A stretch of 64,000 bases of DNA. Origin: Lingula anatina (taxonomy: Eukaryota; Animalia; Brachiopoda). A model generated the notes under the pieces. It was given only the letters and a program-made list of their open reading frames with translations. It ran no database searches and had not been told where the DNA came from. Below, piece after piece: positions 27,020-38,675 of this stretch (position 1 is its first letter; each line of letters opens with the position of its first letter). Location: contig CM120646.1 of assembly GCA_051362555.1 (NCBI GenBank), forward strand, positions 11,594,001 to 11,658,000, in the 5' to 3' direction. The position numbers were made by a program, and so were the translations under genes.

Positions 27020-28280
27020 CTGTGTGCTTTTGACTAAATCAAATTATTTAGCAGGACACAAGTACAAAATTTGTATTTTGATCCATTTTTAAAGCAGAAA
27101 TAGCGAAAAATGGAAAATTTGGTTGACGCCATCTTGAATTGTGAATTAAAAAATTTGCAATTTTTTTTAATGTTTGAAAAAAGATTTTTTTATAATATTA
27201 ACTCGAAACATTTACTTATAATGTATGACAATATTAGGTGGCTTTGGCCAGTCTATGAAAAATGTATTTAAAAATGGCAAAATTTGGGCATTTTAGCTAA
27301 AATTTGAAATTTTGGAAATCTGCCATTTTTAGAGTTGTTTTTCTAAATTTTTAGGACTGTTTAAATATTAAGTAATATGCATTTGACTAAATCAAGATAT
27401 AATATTTAGCAGGATACTAAAATGAAATGTGTGTTTTATCCATGCTTGTTTAGTTAAAAGCAGAAATAGGGACATTTTGCCATTTGATTGCCGCCATCTT
27501 GGATTAAGAATTTTAAATTTTGAATAATTTTTTGAAAAATGTGTTTGAAAAAAAATTTATTTTTGATTAAAACAGTTCAGTATATGTACTTCCTTATGTA
27601 ATGTATGTCAATAATAGGTGGCTCTGGCCAGTCTATGAAAAGTGTATTTGAAAATGGCAAATTTGGGCATTTTAGCAAAATTTTGAATTTTTGAAAATTC
27701 CCCATTTTCAAAGTTATTTTTTTAATTTTTAAAGGCCAGCAAAAAATAATTTTTTTATGTTTTTCACTTAATCAAGATTTGGGATTTAGCAACATACAAA
27801 TATAAAATATGTGTTTAACCATGTTTGTTATTTTTAATATACACAAATATGTAAAATGTGCAAATTGGTTGCCGCCATCTTGGATTAAGAATTTTAAAAA
27901 TTGAATAATTTTTTGAAAAATGTGTTTGAAAAAAATTTTATTTTTGATTATAAAAGGACAGTACATGTACTTTCTTATGTAATGTATGGTGATAATAGAT
28001 GGCTTTGGCCAGTCTATGAAAAATGTATTTGAAATTTGCAAATTTGGGCATTTTAGCAAAAATTGGAATTTTTGAAAATTCCCCATTTTCAAAGTTATTT
28101 TTCTAATTTTTAAAGGCCACCAAAAACAGTTCTTTATATGTTTTAAGTTCAAATAGGATATGATATTTAACAATGTCTGAAAATGAAAAATGTTTATTTA
28201 TCCACATTTATGGTTTTTTAGCTCAAATATAGCTGAAATTGAAATTTTGCAATCTGGATTCCGCCATCTTGGGTGAAAAT
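27020..28280 (+). repeat. Tandem array of ~365-390-bp units (about 3.5 copies) inside the 4.2-kb element
   Basis: GCCATCTTG at 27128, 27493, 27874 and 28263; the block TGGCCAGTCTATGAAAA..TGTATTT..AAATTTGGGCATTTTAGC recurs three times. Confidence 0.85.
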
Positions 28281-29558
28281 TTTTAAGTGCTGTTACCATG
28301 GCAACCGAGGGTGATTCAAACAAACCAATATCCATTATGTTGGTTTGGGGCTATAATGAACAAATACACCAATTTTCATCAAAATCTGAGAGGGTCATGT
28401 GCCACCCTATTCTGAACCTTACAGAGACTGGTACTTAAAGATTTATGTTAAACGAGAAGACAAGTAATTCGATTCCCAGGTAGTTTCAAATAGTATACAA
28501 ATTTCGTATCATTGTTTCCTTTCAAGTTTCGTTTCAATGCGAACTGGAAGGAGGTGTGGTCAGAAATTACTATAAGGTGCAATTTTAACACCCTTAAAAT
28601 TAATCGGTAATTAATATGGGATATTTCTGTGGCAATTAAATTTAATTTCAGTAGGTTATACTGCACTTCTACGCCAAAAATCACATAAGGTTATACAGAG
28701 AGGAGCATTAAGGCGGTAGCTTAGCAGCACGATTGAAATATGCTAAATAGCTTCCAAATCTACTCTAGAAGATAAGTTGGATTTACGGGCAGCATAAGAG
28801 CACCTTACGGACTTCTCATGGCAAATGTAATTTAGGCTTAAACAAGCGAAAATACAAATAATGTACACATCAGTCTTCTGAATATTATTTCATTTTGCCC
28901 ATTACCTCAGACGGCACACTTCATGGTTTCAAATTAATGCTGACCGTTGCAATATGATGAAAATGTAGATCGTAGATTGGAGGACAAAAACTAACAAGTC
29001 AAATCAAAATTAAACATAAAAAAGGAATTTCGCTAAGTATAGAACAAACCACTAGCAAGGTAGGTGTTAAGACGGGTCTCAGCCTATAGAAAGGAACAGT
29101 GCCGGTGTAACGTGACAGAGAGTCCCCCATGATAGAGAGTCCGCTTCCCAATCATTTGTACAGGTGGCCTCGCCCTAGATTTCGACCCACTTACATTAGA
29201 CTAACCCTAACCATTATAACTATATGGAGGGCGGGCTTTCTGTTACATGGACCCTCAGTTTCGTTACACCGGCAGATAAGTAACTGTGTAATTACGGTCG
29301 GCTAACAGTAAGCGCCAATAAAAGGAACAAGAGGAGACAGGATTGTGCTGGAAGTGAGTGGTCATTTTTATCTGGAGGTGAACGGGAGTGAAGACGTGGG
29401 CTCAGAGAAAAAAAAACGTTTTTTTTCCAACAACATGAAGGGATAACATTATTTACCCGTCTTACACCCCCAGATGTCACTTCCGGCAATCCTGTCTCCT
29501 CCGGTTCTCTTTATAAAATCCCCGCCTGCCTAAACAGGGTGAGAAACCTACTGCAATG

Positions 29559-31905
29559 AAGGGTACCGGAGGAGACTGATTGTGCCCGGAAGTGACGTGT
29601 AGTGTGTTAGAAGCGAAGCTGAGAGGTCATTTTAAGCTAGAGGGGAACGGGAGAGAAGAATAATAGGTGCATGATATGAAAACGTGACACGGTACTTGAA
29701 GGTGCAAAATTGTGCTTAATTTGCAGTCAATTTGTTTTGAAATACATGCTGCATCGACCGCCAGCGCGACAAAAAGCGTCAAGGGAAAAGAATTCCCGGG
29801 AGGCAATAAATCGTTGTCATGTGGAATTTTGGCATTTACAGACTTGATATTTAATATGGAATATTTTTTTCAAAATAATTTTTTATCAGTTTTTTTCCTA
29901 TTTTGCTGACTGATAAATGAAAATAAGGATTAAAATCGTGTTTTAATAACTTTAAATTATCTCTTTGATGTCATTGTGACATCAGTTCATTAATGGAATT
30001 CGCCAGAGAAGCAAACAAAAACACGTTGCCTATTCCATGTCATACGACTCCCATTAAAAGAGATATTTTGGATCTCCATATTTTCCAAATTATCGTCTGC
30101 AAAAGGGTAATACGCTCCACAAAAGACCCTCATGTCAGTTGCTAGTCACAGTAATGGTCGTTGTTACGCCTGGCCTCTTCTGCCTGTTGCCAGCGCTCTC
30201 AAGCGGCAAGGCATTTCTTGGGGGTAGGTTTTAAGAGGTCAATCTGGAATAGCATTCCAGGCATCGGTCTAAAATTGTCCAATCTGGTCCAGTTTTGTTG
30301 TAGGACATGTAGGCAGTTGATTGGTGAGTAATGGTCTACCGAAATATTGTCTATGTGGTTCAAATGTGGCGATTTTGATGACTAGGGTAGCTGCTCATTC
30401 CCTTGGTTCTGTTAGTTATCTGTGTGAACCTGCAACCTCATCGTGCAACCTAGAATTGTTCCTAAGGTGCCCCCTATCAAATGATAGTCAAGTGGTTCCG
30501 AGATTATTCCTTTATTTGATCTGGTTCAGGTTTTCGTCGATGACTACCGTTGGTGTTTTGGCACCAATGTGGAATCTACTCCAAATACTGACGCTGTCAA
30601 TCACCCTTGTCACTTTAGACCCGGCATATGCTTCGTCGTAGGCCTCTTCTGGATATCTGTAAACTCTGTTTTGACTAATTGGGCGGTACAGGTGAAATCT
30701 GACCTCAATAAATAAAGCCATGCAGTTTCAGTGTTCTACCCAGAATCGTTCATGGCCCCCAATTCATTAGAGAAACAGACGACGATGTTTTGCTGTATAC
30801 AGTGGGTACCTCGGAGGTCATTTGGTGTTCTTACCTGCTAAAACCAGTTTAGTGTTCGCTAAGGGCTTTGAAAAATGCATTTTAGTGGCAATTTACCCCT
30901 CGTTCTGAACGGACTAAGTGTTTTTTGTTGAGTTGCAGCAGCGTATACCGAAAGACAGTGGGTCCTGTACCCTGTAGGTAAAATTTTGATACATTGGGGG
31001 TCACCTCTGTGCAGGTACATCAGTCTGGGCATTACTCTATAAAACTATGGGGACCGTTCCGTTTGGCGCTATGATCTGTCTGGTTATGTTTGTCTTTTTC
31101 GCGCCATTCTGCCTTAGACTAACATATTTGTAATGCACTACTTGGCTCATTTTACGCACTGCAAAACTGACCGCTTGCATGCAAAATTTCAAATTCTTCT
31201 ATGCAGTAGTTGCCGAAATATGGATATTTTTTTGACAGAACCAAGCTTTGCCTAAGCCAAGCTTTGATCAGCCCAAAGGAACACTACCCAATTAAATCAC
31301 TGCAAATTACATAATGTAGCAGCGCAACAGGCATGAAAGTCAGTTAATTGGTAGTGACACACCTGACTGCACACCTTTACATTCACAAATCTTATATGAG
31401 ATCGGAGTTTTTTGAAAAAAGAACGTATTTTTACCTAGGTATACCTTCGAAACTGAAATATTCCATATTAAATGTCAAGTCTGTATATTATCTGATATGT
31501 CCATATCTAAGAATTATTGGGTGTTTTGTGGTATGTGCTGCAATTATAACGATGTTTTAGAGGTCTTGAAGGACCTTATGAAAACCAGGAAGTAGTTCGT
31601 AACTAACAACTGAATCGTACCGATCTACGACTGCTGTACAAAGATGTATTTTTTTAATACTGTGACCAATTTTTAGATCTTTATATGTCCATCTGACATG
31701 AAATTCCACACATATGATCACACTAATACATCGTTTACACCGAGGTAGTTTGGAAAACTTCTTTTTCCTCTGACTACACGTCTTCTCTCCCGTACACCTC
31801 CAGCTTAAAATGACCACTCAGCTTCGCGTCTTACACCACTTTACGTCACATGACATCACACTTCCGGCACAATTTTAACTAATTCTCGTCTCCTGCGGTA
31901 CCCTT
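29559..31905. mobile_element. Non-autonomous TIR element (AAGGGTACC termini, ~700 bp without the nested Tc1)
   Basis: About 110 bp of imperfect inverted termini (AAGGGTACCGGAGGAGAC...CCGGAAGTGACG...GCGAAGCTGAG.GGTCATTTTAAGCT.GAGG). Ends are ambiguous by 2 bp. Absent from paralogous spacers. Confidence 0.7.
29839..31483 (-). mobile_element. Tc1-family transposon, 1645 bp, dead transposase (copy 1)
   Basis: TIR CAGACTTGA.ATTTAATATGGA, TA on both sides. The minus strand encodes a degenerate Tc1 core (ALFIEVRFHLYRP..QNRVYRYPEE.Y...SV.IW....GAKTP.VVIDENLN). Confidence 0.85.
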
Positions 31906-31907
31906 TA

Positions 31908-34900
31908 TAGACCTTTTTCATCTTTTCCGGAAATGGAAATTGCAGTAGGGGAGTCCTGCTATGTCGAAACACTTACAGCGGTGCTAAAACCAATGTTTAC
32001 GTGCTTTTTGTCCCGCTGCTACAATAACAGTAAGCGAGATCGACACATGAGGTTTAATAAGTTCCCAACAAACCCGTTAGAATGAAAAATATGGTAGAAA
32101 GAAAGGAAAATATAGCAGGTTTGAATCAAAAGCAGGGCACCGCGTTTGCGCTGAACATTTCCAAGGCGGGAAGAAAAACTGTAATATTTAAGAGATCAAC
32201 GGTGCTTTAATAAAAAACAGAAATGCTTAGTTAATCAACGGATATAACGAACTATCGGCAAATAGAACTCGGGGGTAAACAATGCCAGAAAAAACATTAT
32301 AAAGATCTGAAGAAAAAATTGAAGAATAGGGACCTAAAAAGATAGAAAAGACTTTATAAGCATGAGATTATGGAAAAAAAAAGTAAAAGCTGTGAAGTTT
32401 TACACGGGGATTCTACTTACAAAAAATTCAAGAACTTCCACGACTTTTCTTTTTGTGTAACAACGTTTGAAAGGTTTGAAAAGTTTTGTATGTAATAACA
32501 TTTTTGTGTGTCTTTTATTGATAAATGATCATTTTAAATGTAGTAGGCCTATCGCAGGTTTTAGGGATCTATTTTTTTAACGTGAGAATTTTTTTATTAT
32601 TATGTATCCAGTCCCGTATACGTATTACTGATTTGTACAAACGGGGCTCATACAGACTTCACATTTAATATGGAGTTTCGAAGGTATACCTAGGTAAAAA
32701 TGCGTTCTTTTTTCAAAAAACTCCGATCTCATATAAGATTTGTGAATGGAGAACTGTGTAGTGAGGTGTGTCGCTACCAATTAACTGACTTTCAGGTCTG
32801 TTGCGTTGCTACATTATGTAATATGCAGTGATTTAATTGGGTAGTGTTCCTTTGGGCTGGTCAAAGCTTGGCTTAGGCAAAGCTTGGTTCTGTCAAAAAA
32901 GTTTCCATAAGTCGACAACTACTGCATAGAAGAATTTGAAATTTTGCAGGCAAGCGGTCAGTTTTGCAGTGCGGAAGGTAAGTCAAGTAGTGCATTACAA
33001 ATTTTTTAATCTATGGCAGAATGGCGCAAAAAAGACATACATTACCAGACAGATCATAGCGCCAAACAGAACGGTCCCCACAGTTTTATAGAGTAATGCC
33101 CAGACTGATGTTCCTACACAGAGGTCACCCCCAGTGTATCAAAATCTTACCTACAGGGCACAGGACCCGCCGTCTTTCGGGATACGCTGCTGCAACTAAA
33201 CAAAAAACACTCAGAACGAGGGGTAAATTGCCACCAAAATGCGTTTTTCAAAGCCCTTAGCGAACACCAAACTGGGTTTAGCGGGTAAAAACACTAAACG
33301 ACCTCCGAGGCACCCACTGTAAACAGCAAAAAATCCTCGTCTGTTTCTCTAATGAATTGGGGGCCATGACCGTTTCTGGATAGAACACTGAAACTGCATG
33401 GCTTTATTTATTGAGGTCAGATTTCACCTGTTCCGCCCAATTAGTCAAAACAGAGTTTACAGATATCCAGAAGAGGCCTACGACGAAGCATATGCCGGAT
33501 CTAAAGTGAAAAGGGTGATTGACAGCGTCCGTATTTGGAGTGGATACCACATTGGTGCCAAAACACCAATGGTAGTCATCGACGAAAACCTGAACCAGAT
33601 CAAATTAAGGAATAATCTCGGAACCACTTGACTATCATTTGATAAGGGGCACCTTAGGAACAATTTTAGGTTGCACGGTGAGGTTGCAGGCTCACACAGA
33701 GCACATTTAATAGCAGATAACTTACAGAACCAAGGGAATGAGCAGCTACCCTAGTCAACAAAATCGCCACATTTGAACTACATAGACAATATTTCGGTAG
33801 GCCATTACTCGCCGAATCAACTGCCTACGTGTCCTACAACAAAACTGGACCAGATTGAATACTTTTAGACCGATGCCTGGAATATTATTCCAGATTGAGC
33901 TCTAAAAACCTACCCCAAGGAATGCCTTGCCGCTTGAGAGCGCTGGCAACAGGCAGAAGAGGCCAGGCGTAACAGCGACCATTACTGTGACGATAGCAAC
34001 TGACATGAGGATCTTTTGTGGAGCGTATAACTCTTTTACAGACGATAATTTGGAAAATATGGAGATCCAAAATATCTCTTTTAATGGAAGTCGTATGACA
34101 TAGAATAGGCAATGTGTTTTTGTTTGCTTCTCTGGCGAATTTCATTAATGAATTGATATCACAATGACATCAAAGAGATAATTTTAAGTTATTAAAACAC
34201 GATTTTAATCCTTATTTTCATTTATCAGTCAGCAAAATAGGAAAAAACTGATAAAAAATTACTTGGAAAAAATACTCCATATTAAATGTCAAGTCTGTAT
34301 TATCAAGATCAACAGAGACATACGAAGAAGAAAGTACATCGGCTCTTGTTGAACGCGTTTTCGGCAAAATAAAAAATTATTTATTTCTGAACTCAGTGAC
34401 AAGAGAATTGGAAAATTTAATGGACATATATTGTTATTTGCCAAAAAAAAAAAAAATAATAATAATACAGAAAGGCCTTTCTGTAAGCTACACGTGCATA
34501 ATACATGTATGGTAAAGACCAAATGGATAATAAAAATAATCTAACAACGTATTTGTAAAGTAATACAAATATGCTTAGTATTAAAGTAGGCCTACATATA
34601 TTTAACTGTCTTAGATAGTTGAAAAGTTAGAAATGTGTGGAAAACACTTTATTTGAATGATTTTATTGTTTTTGATTGAAGACGATGAAAATACGCATGA
34701 AAACATTTAAAAATCAAATAATTTGGCCTCTTGCTATAATTTTTTTGCCTGACAGTTTTGATTCAGTTTGACAAAATTTTCATACTTGTCAGACCGAAAT
34801 TTTGTACATATACCAGAGGGAAAGAGTCGAGAATTCCTGTCTCACCTATTTAACACTTAAAATTAGAAGGTTTTTAATTACAGAGGAAAGGTCGTAGTTG

Positions 34901-35650
34901 TGGCCGCCCCCCTTACCGAACAACTGAACAAGTAACACCTGATGCCTTATCAGGTACCAAACGATTTAATCAGTTCACCGACGAACGATCTGTGTGTCAG
35001 TTTTACCTGTATACACAGCTCATGTAGGTATGAGTCAAACAATGCAGGGAATCTTTTCATTTTATCATTTCAAAAAACAAGACATAAAAATCGTAATGAA
35101 TTGATACTGCCGGTAAATGAGGTGATATCGCCACAGCTTGCATATATACATGTAATATTGTGAAAACGTAGGCTTACGCACCTGTCCACACTCTTGAAAG
35201 CTGTGTAGGAGTCTACTGGCTATTTTGATTTTATATATAAAAAATAACGAGTCTCTTTCGCATATCTTTATTATCGGAAGCATTTAAAAGAACTCTGAAG
35301 CTTTAGTTCGTCATCACTATTGAAAGTGCAGCCAAGGCTTGGCCGCTTAGGTGAAGTCTAGTTGTACAGCGCATCGTATTTAAACTGAGAAAGAAAACAT
35401 TTAATTGCTTGATTCTCCGTCCAAAAAGCTGTTTTCTTGCCTACAGTTTACGCATTTCTGTGCTTCAGCCACCTTTTTAGTTTGACAAAAAGCAGTGCAC
35501 GCTTCAAACGACCTTTTTATATGCGCACCTTGTACATCATCTACACCTAGCATTGCCATGCTGGAAACAGCAGAGGACTACCATGAGCCCTGTGGCGCGC
35601 GGTTCCTGCCATGCGCACTTCGTATATCCGCAAAAGATGAAAAAGGTCTA
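31908..35650. mobile_element. Decayed ISL2EU/IS4EU-like (PHIS group) element with convergent THAP-transposase and SAP-domain relics
   Basis: TIR TAGACCTTTTTCATCTTT / AAAGATGAAAAAGGTCTA, TA flanks. Plus strand from ~31993: C...CYNNSKRD...FNKFP...W, HRVCAEHFQGG (32138-32170), VKFYTG (32392-32409). Minus strand from ~35559: DDVQGA...CT...LKRWLKHR...GKK (SAP-like). Confidence 0.7.
32653..34297 (+). mobile_element. Tc1-family transposon, 1645 bp, dead transposase (copy 2, inverted relative to copy 1)
   Basis: Same TIR, TA flanks, reverse-complement homolog of 29839-31483. Degenerate motifs corresponding to VLFSDESRF, SVMVWGG, QDDNARPHRA (HGEVAGSHRA) and WPARSPDLNPIE (*STKSPHLNYID) lie at ~33398-33795. 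Confidence 0.85.
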
Positions 35651-36052
35651 TAGACAAGTGGAGATTTGTATATGCGCGCACATAGCATTGGCTTGACGTC
35701 AGCTCATTTGCATTGTAATGCTGTTTTGCCCTATAATTATCTCATCAGACTGTATGCATTATTACGCAAGAAAATGATCCATTAGTTGTTGTGTGACAAA
35801 TAACACACAGGAGGCAGCAGGTACATTTATTACTGTTCTTTTGTAATATTAAAACCACACTGGCCAATGTCTTTACAAGGTAAGTCTCCGAAATCTTATG
35901 AGAATTTACCTTGAAAACTTTATACTGCAGTGTTGGCAAACAATCGCACCGCATGTTTTTCGTGTACGCTGAAGGCTGAAAAGAAAATTCCGGGGAAAAA
36001 GTTAGGCATGTGAAATCAGGTACACTTGCGAGAGTCATCCTTGCAAGAATAG

Positions 36053-36639
36053 ATGTCGCATTCAAATAAGATACTAAAGATGTTTACGTTTTTGGTCTCA
36101 TTGTGTGCACTTTCTCTTGTCTCTGCTTTGATGTGGTCTGCAATGCAGTCAAAACCAGGCGAGTTTAGATACGTGGCAGTCAGAGGAAAAACAGAATCAA
36201 ACATGTATATAAGTTTTCATGAGCATGAAGGCAGTAAAAGAACAGTTCCTAGAGGAGATGGCAACACCACAGCAAATGGATCATATAAAAGTGAAGATAT
36301 TTCGTTTTCAAAGTTTTCAACAATCAAATGCTCCAGTTTACCCGTGGTGTTTCCAGATGTACCGCTAACCCAGCAGTGGATGCTTGTCATTCTCCCTTCA
36401 ATCGATTCGCTAGATTATGTTTTCTCAGAAAACTTCTACACCAATGATGGCAGACGACAGGTGGAAGTTACATCCATGACTTCCGAAAACCACGTTCCAT
36501 TTGTTTGTCAGATTTGGGCCCGATCTAAAGGTTCGGAAGGCAAAGTAACTCACCGGATTACACCCTGCTCGGGAAGAGCAGTCATGACTCCTGGGTTGTG
36601 AGTACATCTTACAATGTAATAGCATCAAAGCGAGTAAAT
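36053..36639 (+). pseudogene. GT92 copy 4: orphan exon 1 (36053-36597), no cognate exon 2
   Basis: Open exon-1 frame with an intact GTGAGT donor. Intron homology to copies 1-3 stops at ~36639. Non-conservative changes at conserved sites (FAAYLY>FSENFY, WMP>WML). Confidence 0.75.
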
Positions 36640-37791
36640 GTCTCTCATTGCTTTCAAAGACACATTACCGATGCCAAGATTACTGTTTGTAGCATAGTCA
36701 TCAGTATCTTTCAATCTTCATGTCGACGAAGACCATTTTTTTCATTACGACAGAAATTAAACAATTAAGTAAAAAATTAAAAATGCATTTGAAAGAAGTT
36801 GACATGTCAAACCATTTCCACTAAACCCGACCAAGCGCCACAATACAGTTTCAATTAGCATAAGTCAATTAAAATTACAAAGCGTAGGCCTATCATTCCA
36901 TATTATCCGGAAAAAAACATGACATTTTCAATTTTCTGTCTGAACTTTGTATTAAAACCTCGGACATTTTTGCTCATTTTAATAATTATGCTATTGCGCG
37001 TGCAGCATTAATGCGTCATTCATTTGGCGGACTTTCACAAACTGGAGAGACGGAGAACAAGGCCAAGTTTCCGACCAGAAATTTAAGAAGGTTCAGGTTT
37101 TCTTCTTTTGCTGAACATGTGATTTTTGTGGATTATCTTTTGGCACGCGAGCTTTGTAGTTATATGTGAGATACTGGTAGTAGTGATTTATATGCATAAG
37201 GACCTACAGAGAATCCACGCTCGCTGAATTTGAATTTTGAAAACATACTTTAAGTACAAAGAAAATCTCTATATACACTGATGCTCAAAGGTAAAGCAAC
37301 ATTCCTTTATTTTCAATTATCTCAATAACCAAGCATTGGATATCCAGCGAAAAATTCCCCGGTGGCGTCAAATGGCGAATAGGCCTAATAGTATGCCATC
37401 AAGCTGGATTATTAGATTGCCAGAAGGAACAAAATAGCGGCAGGTCCAGTGTATACCCTTGCAGCAACATGAGATCATGTCAGGCACAGACCTCGTTCTG
37501 GGTGAACCAGATTGACAAATACAAGGGGCAATTATACCTATAGTCTTATATTAGTCTTTGTCATCAGAATCGCTTCTTGTCGGCAAGACAGCTTGGAATT
37601 ATTTATGCAAGAGAGATTCAAAATGGGGAGCGACAGAGCGACGAAACTGAGACTAGGAGCATAGTTAATGCAAATAATAGGTGAAATATCACCTTGGTGC
37701 GGTATAATGCGCCCGTCCGTAAAACACGCTCGTGCATTTGGACGCGCTGCATCATGGCGGCATCCACAGTTTTGTTTGGCATGCATATTCT

Positions 37792-38063
37792 GATCGGTTG
37801 GAATTGTGGGTAGAATGTCCGCTTCCGGAGCAGAGGACGTGGATTCAACCCTGACCGGGGACATACCAAATGGGAATTAGAATCTGTTTGTTTGGTACTA
37901 AGTTCTTAATCAGTATCTAGCAGTTAAAGGTATCGTTCGTAGGCTAGCTTTGAGCACCCCATACAGCAGCTGTGCTGTAGCCTCCCCAGGGAGGCAAAAA
38001 CGTCTACACCCAGTCTGAATCAGGGCCCAAATATATGGCAGGCACATCGCCATCTAATCTAAA
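37792..38063 (+). mobile_element. Probable tRNA-derived SINE
   Basis: A-box-like TGGAATTGTGG and B-box-like GGATTCAACCC, followed by GACCGGGGACATACCAAA as in invertebrate SINE2 heads; the 3' end is approximate. Confidence 0.5.
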
Positions 38064-38675
38064 CCGCGGTGAGACGCAGTGCACGATATAAGTAACAGAC
38101 TCCATCTGATCATAACTTACAGGTGGCCATTTGGTGCTGAGAGACAAAGTCTGGGGAGACACACCAAGAACTGATCTGCTCGTTGCGGTGTATAGTTTAC
38201 TGTTTATTTTTTGAGTCCATCTCCATTTGGAATCAATTCAGAGATGGTTGAATTCAGAGATGTTTTTAATTTTTGCTAAAAAGCTGCTTTGAACCAGGAG
38301 GTAATTTTTGCTTTTGGAGCCAGCTTTTCAGCCAATGTAACCATTTTATTCATATATATATATGTACAGCCACTTGCTCTATTAAAATGCCTTGAGTGGT
38401 GTATTGATGACGTGCTCAACTTCAACAAAATATTTATGAAATATGAAAGAAAATTGCGCAGGCAAATTTAAAAATTGACTTTGACACTACCTGTAGAAAA
38501 TTTTGAGTCATTCAAGGTGTTCCTTATCTTTTGAGCACATGTATATGCATATCCTTATTGACAATTATAAAGAACATATAGTGTTGGTAGAAAATGTATG
38601 TATGTATGCATGTATGGATGCGCACGTATGTCGAATAACCTGAAGATTATAATACCGGTACGATATCACTTAGAC

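Larger units (their letters stand above)
24190..28434. mobile_element. 4.2-kb non-autonomous TIR element with internal tandem repeats
   Basis: TIR GTACCAGTCTCTGTAAG...CATGACCCTC.CAGATTTTG (~65 bp, imperfect); TTAA duplication (or TA if the termini are AGTACC). The empty site AAATATTAAAGAT is present in the copy-1 and copy-2 spacers. No transposase recognised. Confidence 0.85.

Noticed and set aside
27020-28280. CRISPR-like regularly spaced motif
   Set aside because: Whole ~375-bp units are homologous, there are no unique spacers or cas genes, and the context is eukaryotic.
29839-34297. Single giant foldback element or assembly-induced inverted duplication
   Set aside because: Each arm has its own TIR pair and TA flanks, the outer flanks do not match, and the arms differ by many substitutions.
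36640-37560. Possible transposase remnant truncating GT92 copy 4 (FDATG-like peptide on minus)
   Set aside because: Too short and degenerate to support; no termini found.
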